Origin: Camelus dromedarius
Lineage: Eukaryota
NCBI RefSeq assembly: GCF_036321535.1
Contig: NC_087436.1
Span: forward strand, 91,576,001-91,640,000
DNA: 64,000 bases
Reading direction: 5' to 3'
Position 1 is the stretch's first letter. Each line of letters starts with the position of its first letter. The position numbers and the translations under genes are program-made. Under the pieces are notes generated by a model. The model made no database searches and was not told the origin of the DNA. It saw only the letters and a list, made by a program, of their open reading frames with translations. Shown here piece after piece: positions 52,001 to 64,000 of this stretch.

Positions 52001-53099
52001 CCTCTGGATTTCTGTGCTTCGTTCTACCACACTTTCTCCATGTTTACATGCAGTTAGTTCTTTAAGTTTTCATGCAAAGTTGTTTCTTCTCAATGTTGAC
52101 GTTCATCTGCCTTTCTGCATCATGGGTTCTCATGGTGGCTGATACTACATTAACACACCAATCTCAAATTTTCAATGTGCTCAACTTAATTTTCAACTTA
52201 AAGAGGCACCAGACTTATTATGAATCTTACTGGATTCAAAATAGCTCTTTTATAATGCCCTCTGCTGTTTAAATATAAATAACTTTAAAAAGGAAGGGTT
52301 TTACCTAATTAAGGATTTTAATAAACTTACAGGTATTTTATTAGATTCTATTACTCCCAGTCTTGGAGGAAAGTGCTGAAAAGCCTGTTAAGGGTGGTAT
52401 GACTTGGTTTCCTCTTTCTGTTCTCTTTCCTACTACACCACCTATGTGTTAGCCACCCATACACAAAGAGAGAGCTTTCCAGAATCTTAAAACTATAGTT
52501 TTGGTAAATAACTTGGAATATATATACTTTGTTTGACACTTTAGATTCTGTATGAATGGCAGCTTTTTAAAAATATATTAGTACAAGATCTTCTTTTAAC
52601 ACTGAAAAATTGGTTGATGACAAAAGCAACCATACACTTTGTAAGTCATGAAAGAGTGTCCAGATGGTAAATGACACTGTGTGTTTTGTCAGCAGACTGC
52701 CTTTCTCAGACTGGAGGCCCATAAAGTGTATCTTGAGAATTCTAGGTATTAAAAGCAGGGAAGAGGGGCTGGGAATGCAGAGTGCCAGCAAGTACCAGAG
52801 GACTTTTCACCCAGAACAGCTCATCGCTAAAGGACTTTAGATGGCATCCTCATAAACTCAAAACATTGCTTTAAATATTAGAAATATACTGAACACAAGA
52901 TCAACAGATTTAAAATTGAATTACATAAAATAACCTTAAAAAGCATTTAGAAAAGTTATTCTATTACCAGAGATATGCATTAGGTTTCAGGTGACAATTC
53001 AGAAATTCACCAAGGTTGTTTCAGTTTTACATTTTTATTGTCAACCACTTTAATTTCCAATCTGCACTTAAAAACAAACAAACAAACAAACAAAAAACA

Positions 53100-53255
53100 A
53101 ATGGAAGACAACGATATGATAGGAACAGTTTCCTGTCGCTGACTGGCTTTTCAGACTATGGAAACTTTTCAGACTATGGAAACTTATCAGAGTACTTTAA
53201 TTTCTTTGAATCAGTTTCCTCACATATAAAGGTGAGGGTTAGACTGACTCCTAGG
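53100..53255 (+). mobile_element. MIR fragment with internal 18-bp tandem duplication
   Basis: MIR core tctttgaatcagtttcctcacatataaa; cttttcagactatggaaa twice at 53147-53182. Confidence 0.65.
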
Positions 53256-53839
53256 ACATAGCTTAAGAAATCCTATTTTCTTTTCCTCTTTATTTCTCTC
53301 CTATAGATTTAAGTACATTAAGTACATTAAGATTTTAGGAGAAGAGTGTACTTTGTTCATTTTTGCAACATTTTATTTGAAACATTTTATACTTTCAGAA
53401 AATAATTGAAAGATAGTGTAGGCGGAAGCATATAAAACTACTGACAATTCACTTTTTAACTTACAAAAACACTATGAAGAGTCTAGGAATGGTCTTTGTA
53501 TTAAGCTGATCATCATGAAACTGCTATTTATATAGGTTAAAAATACTCACATATCTGCAGTTTCGTATGATTCAAGCTAAATACAAATGACACACTTATA
53601 TCCTTCAATCTGATTCACCAATTGCTTATGTTTTGCCCGTTTATTAACCCTCTTTCTAGGTATAAAAAAGTAAATATAGATCTAGATGTATAGAGCTATT
53701 TATTTACGTAGCTATTTATTTACCTGTCTATCTATCCATCTATCTATCTCTATCTCATTATGCCAACCTCATTATACTTCACTCCTAAAGCATTAAATCC
53801 TCTCTCTCTACACACACACATACACACACATATGATAGT

Positions 53840-54335
53840 AATATTTCTTGTTCTTTATAAAAGATACATGATACTCCATTGGGGCGGTACCATAGATTAG
53901 TCACCCAATTTCTGGATGAGAATTAAGAATACTCACGGTATCCTTTTACATGTCTTCAAGATAATTAATATTATGCATAATTGGGGGTTTTGTTGTTTCT
54001 GTTTTATAATTTTTGTTTGTTTGTTTTCTTGCTTTACACTGATGGAATTCACATTTAGAAGCATAATTGCTGAGTGAATGGGTAAATGTGTATGTACTTG
54101 TGTTGTGTACTACTAAATGCCTCTCCAAAGAGGGACAGCATTTTCAAATGCCAGCAATGTAAGGGGGTGCCTGTTTCCTCACAGGGCCATGCACAGTGTG
54201 TTGTCACTCTAACAGATGAGAGACAATCTCACGTGTAATTTAGTTGTGTGTTTCTCTTATTTTAAGAGAAACTGAGTGTATTTTTGTTTGGTTGATTGCA
54301 TAAGGGTCTTTTGTACATATGACTTAAGAATTTTT
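53840..54335 (-). mobile_element. Old L1ME fragment (left part of interrupted element)
   Basis: atactccattg...gtaccatag...tttagaagcataattgctgagtgaatgggta...ccagcaatgtaagggggtgcctgtttcctcaca. Confidence 0.7.
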
Positions 54336-54344
54336 ACAAACATA

Positions 54345-56226
54345 TTAAAAGAAGTGTTGCCAAGATGGTGGAGTAGGGAGACCTTGAAATTACCTCTTTA
54401 ACTAGCACACCAAAGTGACAACTATTTACAGAGCAACATTCTATCAATGAGAACAACCGGAAGACAAGCAGAAAAGATTTTCCACAGCTAAAGATATAAA
54501 GAAAGAACCATAATGAGATGGTTAAGAAGAGGTGGAAACATGATATAGTCAAGACTCATATCCCTGGGTCCACAAACAAGAGGATAAGTACATTTGCAGG
54601 GGCTCTCCTCAAAGAGCAAGGGGTCTGAGCCTCACACTGGGCTCCTCAGCCTGGGGGTCCTGCACTGGGAAGATGAGCCCCCAGAATGTTTGGCTTTGAA
54701 GGCCAGTGGGACTTGCTTTGGGGAGAGCCAGAGGGTAGCCGGAAATAAAGAGTCCACTTTTAAGGGGTGCATCTTAACTCTCACATGCTCTGGGACAGAG
54801 CGCAGAAGTAGTAATTTGAAAGAAGCTTGGCTCAGACCCACTTGCTGATCTTGGAGTCTCCCTGAGAGGCAGAAGGCAACTGGGACTCACTCTGGGGACC
54901 TACACACTGATAGAAGTCATTTGGGGGAGCTCATTTTACCAAAAGGACACTGGTGCTGGCAAGTGTCATTTTGGAATTCTCCATCTATCTTATTAGCACC
55001 TGGACACTGCCCTACCTCCAGCCAGTTGGCACCAGTCCTGGGACACCCCAGGTAGCTGGGAAGGATGCAGCCTCACCCACCAGCAGATCTGCTGCCATAA
55101 GAACCCCTGAGTCCACAGTTACACCCGACCTTTTCCTGCTTACCAGTGAGCTGGCATCGGCCCCAGGACCTGCTGGGCCACAGCCCCACACACCAGTTGA
55201 TTGGCACCAAGACCAAAATTCTCCGGCCCTGCAGTCAGAGACCTGGGGCTTGGCTCTGCTCTCCAGTGGGCTGTCACTAGCCCTGAGATCTCATTGGCTC
55301 TGGTCCCACACACCTGTGGGCCAATATCAGCTTTGGTACCACCACAGCCCCACAGCCAGCTGTGTCAAGACCTGGCCCACTCACCAGCAGACCTGCACCA
55401 CACAGATCATTCTGGGCTCTGGCCCTGTCCACCAGCAGGCCAACACTGGTACTGGGGTCCCCGGTCCTATAGCCAGTCCCAAGTCAGGCCTGGTAATCCA
55501 CTGGACCAGGGATCATCCATGCCTACCAGCAAACCCACAGTAGTCAGCCCCCTACCCCCCACAAACAGAGGGCTCATGCAGTCCACTTAGACAGCACACC
55601 TAAAACATAGCTCTGGTGACCAGAGGGCAATGCGCTACTGAGCCCCATAGGATGTTTCCTAAATAAGGCCACTTCTGTATCTGCCAAATACATAAAAATA
55701 AAAACAGAAAACTGGGCAAAATGAGGTGACAAAGAAATATATTCCAAATGAAGGAACAAGATAAACTCTCAGAAGAACAAAGTGAAGTTAAGAAATCTAC
55801 TAGATAAAGAGTTCAAGATGATAATCATAAAAATGCCCAAAGAACTCAAGAGAAGAATGGATGAAAGGAATGAGGAATTAGAAGTTTCTAACAAAACTAA
55901 ACAAAAAAGGAAATATAAAGAAGAACCAAACAGAGATGAAGAATATAATAACTGAAATAAAAAATACACTAGAAGGGATTGACAGATATTAAATAATACC
56001 GAAGAATGAACCAGCAAGCTGGAAGACAAAAGTACTGAAAAATCACTGGCGTTCAACAAAAAAAAGGAAAAATAATTCAGTGAAATAAGGACAGCTTAAG
56101 AGACCTCCAGGAAACATCAACCATACTAACATTCACATTATAGGGGTCCTAGAGGGAGAAGAGAGACAGAAAGGGGCAGAAAACATTAGAAGAAATAATA
56201 GCTGAAAATTTCCCTAAACTGGGAAA
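54345..56226 (+). mobile_element. L1 5' UTR plus N-terminal half of ORF1 (laurasiatherian-type), 3' part absent
   Basis: Starts with L1 5' signature ccaagatggtggagtag (YY1-type AAGATGG); C-rich repetitive UTR; ORF1 start M(R*)QRNIFQMKEQDK at about 55720; ends at gaaataatagctgaaaatttccctaaactgggaaa (EIIAENFPKLG). Confidence 0.88.
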
Positions 56227-56960
56227 TATATATTCCAAATATACGTCTCCAGTATGTTATTAATTATTTGTTGACTTTGCATATGATATGTTTTTCCATT
56301 TGGGGGTAGTCAAATTTATTATTTTTCTTTATTGCATACTAGGTTATAAATGAAATTATTTATAATTTCTTCAAGAATGTATATGGTTTTATTTTCACAT
56401 TTCAATCTCATCATTCTGAATCTATTCTTAGTTTTTAAAGTTTTGTGAGGTACAGGTGTATTTTTAACTTTTTCCAGATGCCTATCCAGATTACTGATAA
56501 CAAGTTATTTAAAAGTCTATCTTTTCTCTAGTGTTTTGAAGATCACTCTTCGCATATACTAAACTTCTATATGAACTAAGTTCTATGTCTAAACTTTTTT
56601 CCTGTTCCAAGAATCCACCTCTATACTCAGGGGCCCACCCCTCATTTTCTTTTAACTAAAGCTTGTGTTATGTTCAAAATCCAGTAGTGCTATTGAAAGG
56701 GCTCTTTCAATGCTCTTTTTTTCCCACCAGTTTCTTTTGTATTGTACTAGCATGCTAATTTTTTTTTTAATTTTTAGAAGAAATTTGTCTAGTTCTAGGG
56801 AGAAAAACAATTCAAACAAGCAAATCTTTATTAATCTGATATTTTGTGATGTTAAAATTGTAACATGCTACCTTAAGTTGTATCTACATTTGTTCAAGTT
56901 TGTTCAAACAAATTTACTTGTTCATCTTTTTTGTAGTGTTTACCAATTTCTTATTCAGAT
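56227..56960 (-). mobile_element. Old L1ME ORF2 fragment (right part of interrupted element)
   Basis: gtagtcaaatttatt...tgtgaggtacagg...tttccagatgcctatccag...catatactaaactt, reverse L1ME ORF2. Confidence 0.7.
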
Positions 56961-56979
56961 AAAGCTTCCCCTCTAACAG

Positions 56980-58960
56980 ATTCCTCCTGAATACCTCTTG
57001 AATACAGTATTCTTTGAGCTCTTAAATACTTAAAACTATTTTTTCTACAAAACTTAGTACTTTAAGAACAACTTAGCCTACAGTAAAATTCTTGGCTGAT
57101 AATGTATTTACTTATAATGTGTGATTGAGAAGTTGAGGAAAATACAGGATTCTTCCCTTTGTAACCTGGTCTATGTTTTTTCTTTATTGTTTAATGTCTA
57201 GTAATTTTATTAGCCTGTGTCTTATAGTTTACTGTTCCAGGACATTTTTTCTAGACACATGGTGATCTTTTCAATACTTAACTTGAGTCATTTATTTCCA
57301 GAAAGTTTTTTGTGAACTCAAGTTTTAAATATTACATCTATTCCATTATCTTTGCTTTTTCAAGGATTCAAATTATATGTGCAATGAACCATCTTTCTCA
57401 TTATCTACATCAATTGCCTTGTCTGAAACTTTTAATCTTTTTATTTATTTCATTTTGTACTCAGAGATATTTCCATGTGTTCTTTCAATGACTCATTATA
57501 TTTTCTGTCAAACCTATTTTGCCTTGGCACCTTATAACTTAATCTTCCTTTCTAAAGTTACTTTTTCTCTTTCTCTATTTCTTTTCTGAGTTATATCAAT
57601 TCTCATTTCACATTTTTCTATTTCTTTCTACTTTTGTTATGAAGAGAAGCTTCTTCAGTTACTTTTTCACATCTGTAGGTACCTGATTAAAGATATTTAA
57701 TTCTCTTGAAGTCCTGTATCATGGTTTCCTTCCACTGCTGTTTTTGGTAAAGAGAATTTTCATCAGCCGAAATATTTTGGTCATCCTTCTTTTATCAGTT
57801 TGGTACTTTCTGTTTCTGATTAAATGCCTCAATAGAGTTTTATGTAGAGACTGGCAAGGTGTTTTAGTGGCTGCAGCAGACAGACATTATCGGTACTCTG
57901 CTCAGATACCCCAGTATCTCTTTTGCTGATTGGATGTTTCGTTCCCGAGGTGCTATGGCTATTGCCGCTGATGTTTCATACTTTGAAATCTCTCCAGAGG
58001 ATTGTTCTTGGACAATTGGAGCTGCATCACTTGGCTGTGCCTAGGAGTTAGTTTCCCCCATGACCCGTCTGTGCAGACCTGCAGAAAACCAGCTACCTTG
58101 CCTTAAGGTGCAATGAAGTCTATGGTTCAATTTATGCTCCAGAGTTCCTGCAGAAAGGATAAATCTGTACATGACCTCAAACTACAGCCTTGCTTAGCAT
58201 CTTCCCCTTCCCTATTATGCTTTCTTCCTGTCTTCTTTCATTTCCCTAATGTCTTCTTTCTCCCAGTTTATCCCAAGACCACTCATTTAATATCTCACTT
58301 GCACAGGGATTTCCATTTTAGCCATTTGTTCCAGAAAACCCAACCTTAGACAGTTGTTCACCAGCTTTTTATTGCTGCAGTTTGTTTTATTTAACAACAC
58401 CTTTCTGGGATAGCTGGTATGTCTTTTGATTTTGAGATTGAATTTTCTTTCTTCAGAACTCATAATTTCTACTTTTTTATTACCTTATTTTACATATCCA
58501 AGGGCTACTTGACCCAAGTCATGTCCCCTTAATCCAAGCAACATGCCATTCCTTTTCTTGTGCACTTTCAAAGATTTGCCTTTAGATTCCCCGGAAGCTG
58601 GTCCTTTGATTCATCAGGTATCAATTCTGTTCTTAATGTCTCCCAACTCACTGTAGACTTTCCCTTTCTGAGACAGCTTATCTGTTAAATCGTTACTGAT
58701 TTTTCCTCTCCTTTTTTTTTTTTTTTTTTGTGAAATCTCCATTGGACTCTCTTCTCATAGTGGGCTCTGGAGTTGGTTATGTTGGACTCAGCTCTGTTTT
58801 TCCCTATCCATCTGTAATATCAAGTTACTCAGTGTTCTCTGCCTGCTGATGTTGTTATGTACCTGTATTTTAGGTGGATTTATTTGCTCTTCTTGGTTAT
58901 CTTTTGTGTGTATGTTTTTCTTTTTGAAGGATGTATGAAAAAGTTTGGATTTAGTCCTTA
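56980..58960 (-). mobile_element. HAL1/old L1 ORF1-like fragment, interrupted by an LTR
   Basis: aaaattcttggctga...gagaagttgagg...ctattccatt...ggattcaaattatatg, T-rich reverse ORF1-like sequence. Confidence 0.5.
57872..58352 (+). mobile_element. ERVL solo LTR (LTR16-like)
   Basis: tgcagcagaca...ccagctaccttgccttaagg...aatttatgctccagagttcc...ttgcttagcatcttccccttcccta...aaaacccaaccttagaca. Confidence 0.75.
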
Positions 58961-59839
58961 TTTAATTTCTTTCTTTATGAAAGTCAGTTTCAATAAGTGA
59001 GACCTCAGATCCAAGGAACTAAATACTTTTAGGTCATAGAGAAACTAACAATGAGTCTTAGTAATTTTCTAACAAGAATGCAAAAATAATTGACTTTCTT
59101 TAGACTTTGTCTCTACTGCTTCTATAAATTGAAATACATTTGCAAAGAAACCATGAGTCTGTGACAATTTGCAAAGAAGTACACATGTCTTGTTTTATAC
59201 AAGAAAACCAACCAAGGTTTTCTCTACCACAAATGATGTGCTTGGAACCAACTCCCTGGAAAAATCCTTCTATAGGAAGGGAAATCCTCCCAGTGGAATT
59301 CCTTAATCTGAAAAGGATTAAAACTTTACCCTATTGTAGAAGAGCTATTTATCTTGCTAATTTATTAGAGTAACTATTTTAAGTATCTTATTTAAAGTGT
59401 CCATATTTATATTTGATTGTAAAATAAATCAGATGATTAAAACAAATTCAGTTTCTCTGTCACTATCTGTTTTGCTCAAATGAAATTATATATCAAATTT
59501 AAAATAAATTAGATTATTTTCACATGTTTAATAATAAAAACATATCGCTTAATGAGTAACAGAATTTTTAGAGCTAACTTGGGAACATTTTCAATTCGTT
59601 CATAGTTTCATCATTTTTTATTTTTTCATTGTTTTGTGTCTTTGAGACTATATCTTTGTAATAAGTAATACAAGGAAACACTCTTAACTGAAAACCACTT
59701 AATCACTTAACTGAAAATATTGAAAATATTTAAAAAATAACTGCAGTTCTACAGAATAATGCCTACAGACTTTAAAAAATAAATAATCTACCTAGTTTTG
59801 TCATTAATCTTCAGTAATGTAATTGGTAACATTTTACTA

Positions 59840-59955
59840 CCTTGATAATTAAAGCTTCCTTCACAGGGTGTAAATGGCTTGTTCACTTCTAAATCTCCAG
59901 GTCCTATAAGAGGACATGAAATAGAGTATGCACTTAAAAAGTATTTACTGAATTA
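59840..59955 (+). mobile_element. L2 3' end fragment
   Basis: aagcttccttcacaggg...ttgttcact...gcacttaaaaagtatttactgaat. Confidence 0.55.
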
Positions 59956-60213
59956 TGGAATTATGCATATTCAGTTTCAAAACCACATTTCCCCTATTCG
60001 TGGACAGCCCTCCACAGCTCTTCTCTTTACGCAATTAGCTTCTCACTCTTGCATTTCCACTTTAAGCAGCACTTTCTCGAGGATGCCGTCTCTGCTCTGC
60101 CTGGCTATGACAACACATTCTGGCTTTCAGTGCACCCTGGAACTCTCACCAGGAATATTTATTCATAATTGAAATTTTATATTTTTATCAATATTCATAA
60201 ATATATGTCTTTC

Positions 60214-60342
60214 TGTACTAGTTAGCTCAAGCTGCCAGAGGTTCAAACAACCAAAATTTATTCTCACAGTTCAGGGGGCCAGAAATCCGAAAATCTCGGT
60301 GTCAGTGGGGTTGTTTCTTTCTGGAAGCACTGTAGGAGAATC
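60214..60342 (-). mobile_element. MaLR LTR fragment (MLT1C/D-like)
   Basis: aaatttattctcacagttcagggggccagaaatccgaaa...ttctggaagcactgtaggagaatc. Confidence 0.7.
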
Positions 60343-61922
60343 TGTTTTAGTTCAGGCTGCTATAACAGAATACCACTGTCTGGGTGGATTAAACAACACA
60401 CATTTATTGCTTACAGTTCTGGAGGCTGGAAAGTCCAACGTCAAGTTGCCAACAGATCCATTTCTGCGGAGAGCCCTCTTCCTGGTTTTCAGATCCTCAC
60501 ATGGCAGAGAGAGCTCTAGTCCCTTTTGCTTCTTATAAAGACACTAATTCCATCATTTGGGTCATACTCTAATGATCCCATTGAAATCTAATTACCTCTC
60601 CAAGACCCTACCTCCTAGTACCATCTCACTGGGGATTAAGATTTCCACGTGAATTTGGAAAGTACACAAACATGTAGCCCATAATGTTCACCCTGACCCC
60701 CCAAATTTATATCCTTCCTAGATGTAAAGTGTGTTCTTTCCATTTCAACAATCCCCCAAAGTCTTAACTCATTCCAACATTAGCTCTAAAGTTCAAAGTT
60801 TTATCTAAATATTATCTAAATCATATATGGGTAAGACTGGAGATGTGATTCTTCCTGAGACAAAATTCTTCTTCTGTTGTGAACCTGTGAAACCAAACAA
60901 GTTATGTGCTTCCAAGACACAATGATGGGACAGCCATAGGGCAGGCATTCCCATTCCAAAAGGGAGAAATCAGAGAGAAGGAAGGAGAGAAGGGTGAAGG
61001 GTGAAGGGACACATGCAAGTCTAAAATCCAGCATGATAAATTCCACGAGACTTAAAGGCTCAAGAATAATCTTCTTTGGCTTGATGCTCTGCCCTCCAAA
61101 GTTAGGAAAGTTTTAAGCTAAGGGTACAAGCATATTTGTGAAGGGGCTTGGGTGGGTGACAGAGTCCAGGCTTCCATTGGTTGAAGTCATGAGGGTCAGA
61201 GAGGTCAACCTCATCATCCTGTAGGTTCTGGTTGATCGGTGGTTGAGCACTTTAGGCTAATTTTTAATACTGTAGAAGAACTGGGACTCTTTACAACTGA
61301 TATATTATCTTTGCTATTGTTACTTCTCTTGCCTGATAATAGTTTGTTTCTGCATTCTTTTGTTCACTTAAGATTATTAATTACTGAGACCTGCCTGTTC
61401 AAGGGCAAGCACTGTAACCAGGCTTAGGTCACAAAATGGCTTAGGCCAAAAATGAATTCTTTTATGGCAAGAAAGCCATGCCTGGGTGTCTTTCTCCAGG
61501 GTCCACCTACCCTATCTGGTTACAATGTTAATTTCTGCCTGAGATCTTATCAGAATGGCCATTATTTGTCAATATTTCTACCAACATTCTATTCATGATT
61601 ATTTTCGTATTCTCTGAGAAGATAGAGGCTTTCTCTCCATCTCTCTTCTTTTCTTTCTGAGTTCTCACCAGAATCACCTATAAAAGTCCCTTCACAGCAA
61701 TCTCAGTATTCTTCAGCATGCACCCCAACACTCTTGCAGCCTCCATCCATCCAGTTTCAGAGCTGCTTCCACATTTTCAGATATTTGATACACAGCACCC
61801 TGCTTCTCAGTACCAATTTCTGTCTTAGTCAGTTTGGACTGCTATAACAGATTACCATAAACTGGGTGTATTAAACAACAAACATTTACTTCTCATTGTT
61901 CTGGACACTGGAAAGTCCAAGA
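60343..61922 (-). mobile_element. MLT1A-type MaLR provirus: 3' LTR (60343-60686), deleted internal region, truncated 5' LTR (61821-61922)
   Basis: Two similar LTR ends (tgttttagttcaggctgctataacag / tgtcttagtcagtttggactgctataacag); polypurine tract (rc ttcaccctgacccccc) abuts the left LTR; rc of gaaattggtactgag abuts the right LTR; internal cattcccattccaaaagggagaaat is MaLR-int. Confidence 0.85.
61099..61524 (-). mobile_element. ERV1-type LTR fragment nested in the MaLR internal region
   Basis: MaLR-int similarity breaks; the segment starts TGTAACCAGATAGG on minus and contains cttaagattattaattactgagacctg...tcacaaaatggcttaggccaaaaatg. Confidence 0.6.
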
Positions 61923-62022
61923 GCAGCTTCTGCTTCTCTGCTACCAAAATTTACCTCTCTGTGACCTGGGAGGTTACAGGACACTTTCACAAAAGACATC
62001 AGCAAAGCTACAGAAAGACAAA

Positions 62023-62390
62023 TGTCGTTAGTCTGCTAGGGCTGCTATAAAAAATACCACAGACTGGATGGGTCATAAGCAGAAAATAATTTCTCACTTC
62101 TCTGGAGCCTGGGAAGTCCATGATCAAGACACAAGCACAGCTGCCTCTGGTGAGAGCCTTCTTTGTGGTTCATAGCCGATGCCTTCTCCCTGAGTCCTCA
62201 GATGTGGAAGGGGTCTAGTGAGCTCTCTCCAGTCTCTTTTATAAGGACACTCATCTCATTCATAAGGCTCTACCCTCATGACCTAAGCATCTCCCAAAGG
62301 TCACACCTTCTAACACCATAATTGGGGAGAGGGGGAGTTAGGATTTCAACATATGAAATTTAAGGGTACACAAACAGTTAAACCATAGCA
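62023..62390 (-). mobile_element. MaLR solo LTR (MLT1A-like)
   Basis: gggctgctataaaaaataccacagactgg...tcttttataaggacact...ggatttcaacatatgaa...aaccatagca. Confidence 0.9.
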
Positions 62391-62429
62391 ACAGTTATCC
62401 CTAATACTAAGGACTTGTAGGTGACTGAC

Positions 62430-63060
62430 AGATTGGGAGAGAAATATTTTCAATAAATAAAAACATTATGAAATAATATTTAAAATAGACAAAGAATTTC
62501 TGTAAATCAACAACAGCAACAAAAATGACAGGAAAACCAGTATAAAAGGAGAAATAGAATATAAAACCAGAAGTTTTAGAAGGAGAAATGCACAGGGTTA
62601 GCCTTACTAGCAATTAGAGAAAATAAAACTAAAATAACTAGATAAGACTCCCTTGCCCATTAGATTGGTAAAAAGATAAATTTTTTAAACAGGTTGGTAA
62701 TACGAATCATTGATGAGAACACAGGATAATAGGAATCTACATGCACTGATGGCAAGAGTATAATGGAGTGAAGGCATTATATAGTGAAATCTCACAGTAT
62801 TCAGAGAAATTGATTGCATGTAAATTCTACCATTCACCAAGACTACTCTTGGCTATGGGTACCAGAGGAAATTTTGCCCACATCTACCGGGGAGTTCATA
62901 TGAGGATATCCATCAATATGAGATTTTAGTAGTTGAGATTTAAAGTCATCTAGGTATCCATTAGTAGGCATGTGGATGAATAAAATTTCATAGATGCATA
63001 CCATTGAGTAGTTGCAGAGAAGCCTACTCAAAACAGTCAAATATAAAACAGAACTGATTA
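62430..63060 (+). mobile_element. Old L1ME ORF2 end fragment
   Basis: cccattagattggtaaaaa...gcactgatggcaagagtataatgg...atccattagtaggcatgtggatgaataaa. Confidence 0.65.
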
Positions 63061-64000
63061 AACAATTTATCTTCTTTATTATTATTTCCACCAAAAATTG
63101 AAGCTGAAAATATTGCTTGGCCCTTAAAAGTATTATTTAATGTCATAAAGGACAAGTATATTGAAATTAAAAAAACATTTTTAAGTATTCCCTTTCAGTG
63201 GTTCAAATTTCTTCCAACATCCTGAATGTCAGTATCCAGATTTGACAAAACAAAAATTTGCAAATGCATAACATAAGCCATTGTTACAAAATTTAGTTTT
63301 TGATTGAGTCTAAACATTATTTTATAGGTGTTCAACCCATTTTGATTACTAATCTGCTGTATCAAAGGCACACTCAGAAAGAGCAGGTATTCATTCATTT
63401 TAATCCTATTTTTCTAAAAATAGGTGGATTTTGATATCACAATAATCTACCCGAAACACAAAATATGTAGGTGACTCTTCTCAAACGCACTCCTGTTACC
63501 CATTGGACCAAAAGCCCCAAGTCAGGCGTCCCTTGGACCAGGAAGGCTCAATAATCAAGAGGCTGTATATAGCTGTGAAATGTATGTGTACAGGGTGGTC
63601 AGTTTCACACGTGCACATCTCCATCTTAAAGAAACATTTGTCCACAATTGTTCAATATTTCATCCTTCTGTCATACTAGTCTGAGGAAGCTATTCACTAC
63701 ATAGAAGGCAGTATGCCATAGATTATTCCAAAGTAGCTCTGGTATGGCAAAATGGCAAAGTAGAAAACGGTAGGTCCTCTTCTTTCAAGATTTGTCTTCT
63801 TTCCACATTCTCATGCCTATAACAGCATCCCATTCACTTGCCCTGCTTATTCTCTTTGCTAGGCATCTTTGACCCAACTCACTTTTTTAAAATTAAAGTT
63901 TTAGGTTTGAGGAGGCCATGGGAAAATCTAGAGTACGAAGACTTGAAACTCATAAATTGGTTTATTTCTACTTCGGTACAGGTCCTAAGTCACAGGACAA

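Noticed and set aside
51417..53182. Short direct repeats as a CRISPR-like or other array (also 6126-6174, 43968-44002, 47630-47668)
   Set aside because: Each has only two copies, they are unrelated to one another, and the DNA is mammalian; they are ordinary local duplications
54953..55590. Longest ORFs (196 aa and 129 aa) as a novel gene
   Set aside because: They lie in the C-rich repetitive L1 5' UTR, where stops are rare; non-ATG starts, low-complexity P/S/T/Q content and no recognisable domain

Overview
This is AT-rich, CpG-depleted eutherian genomic DNA, either intergenic or deep intronic. I find no supportable protein-coding gene, RNA gene or CpG island. The ORFs with recognisable similarity are transposon debris (Tigger1 transposase, L1 ORF2), and the rest look like chance ORFs. 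Much of the window is decayed interspersed repeat: MIR, L2, old L1M/HAL1, MaLR/ERVL/ERV1 LTRs, a near full-length Tigger1 with TA target duplications, a Charlie1-type hAT element, and one younger 5'-truncated L1. That L1's 3' UTR, plus the apparent absence of Alu, B1/B2, Bov-A/BovB, PRE1, CAN and ERE SINEs, points tentatively to a camelid. Several repeat-free blocks (about 2.1-2.9, 10.1-10.7, 17.2-17.5, 31.3-31.9, 33.5-33.8, 36.9-37.5, 39.7-40.3 and 51.3-52.0 kb) carry developmental transcription-factor motifs and are candidate conserved enhancers. Repeat family names come from my recall of consensus sequences, not a database search, and most boundaries are approximate. The sequence does not support a novel biological system. 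The best leads are the candidate enhancer cluster, a 3'-truncated L1 insertion, and an unresolved 1.8 kb ERVL-like block.
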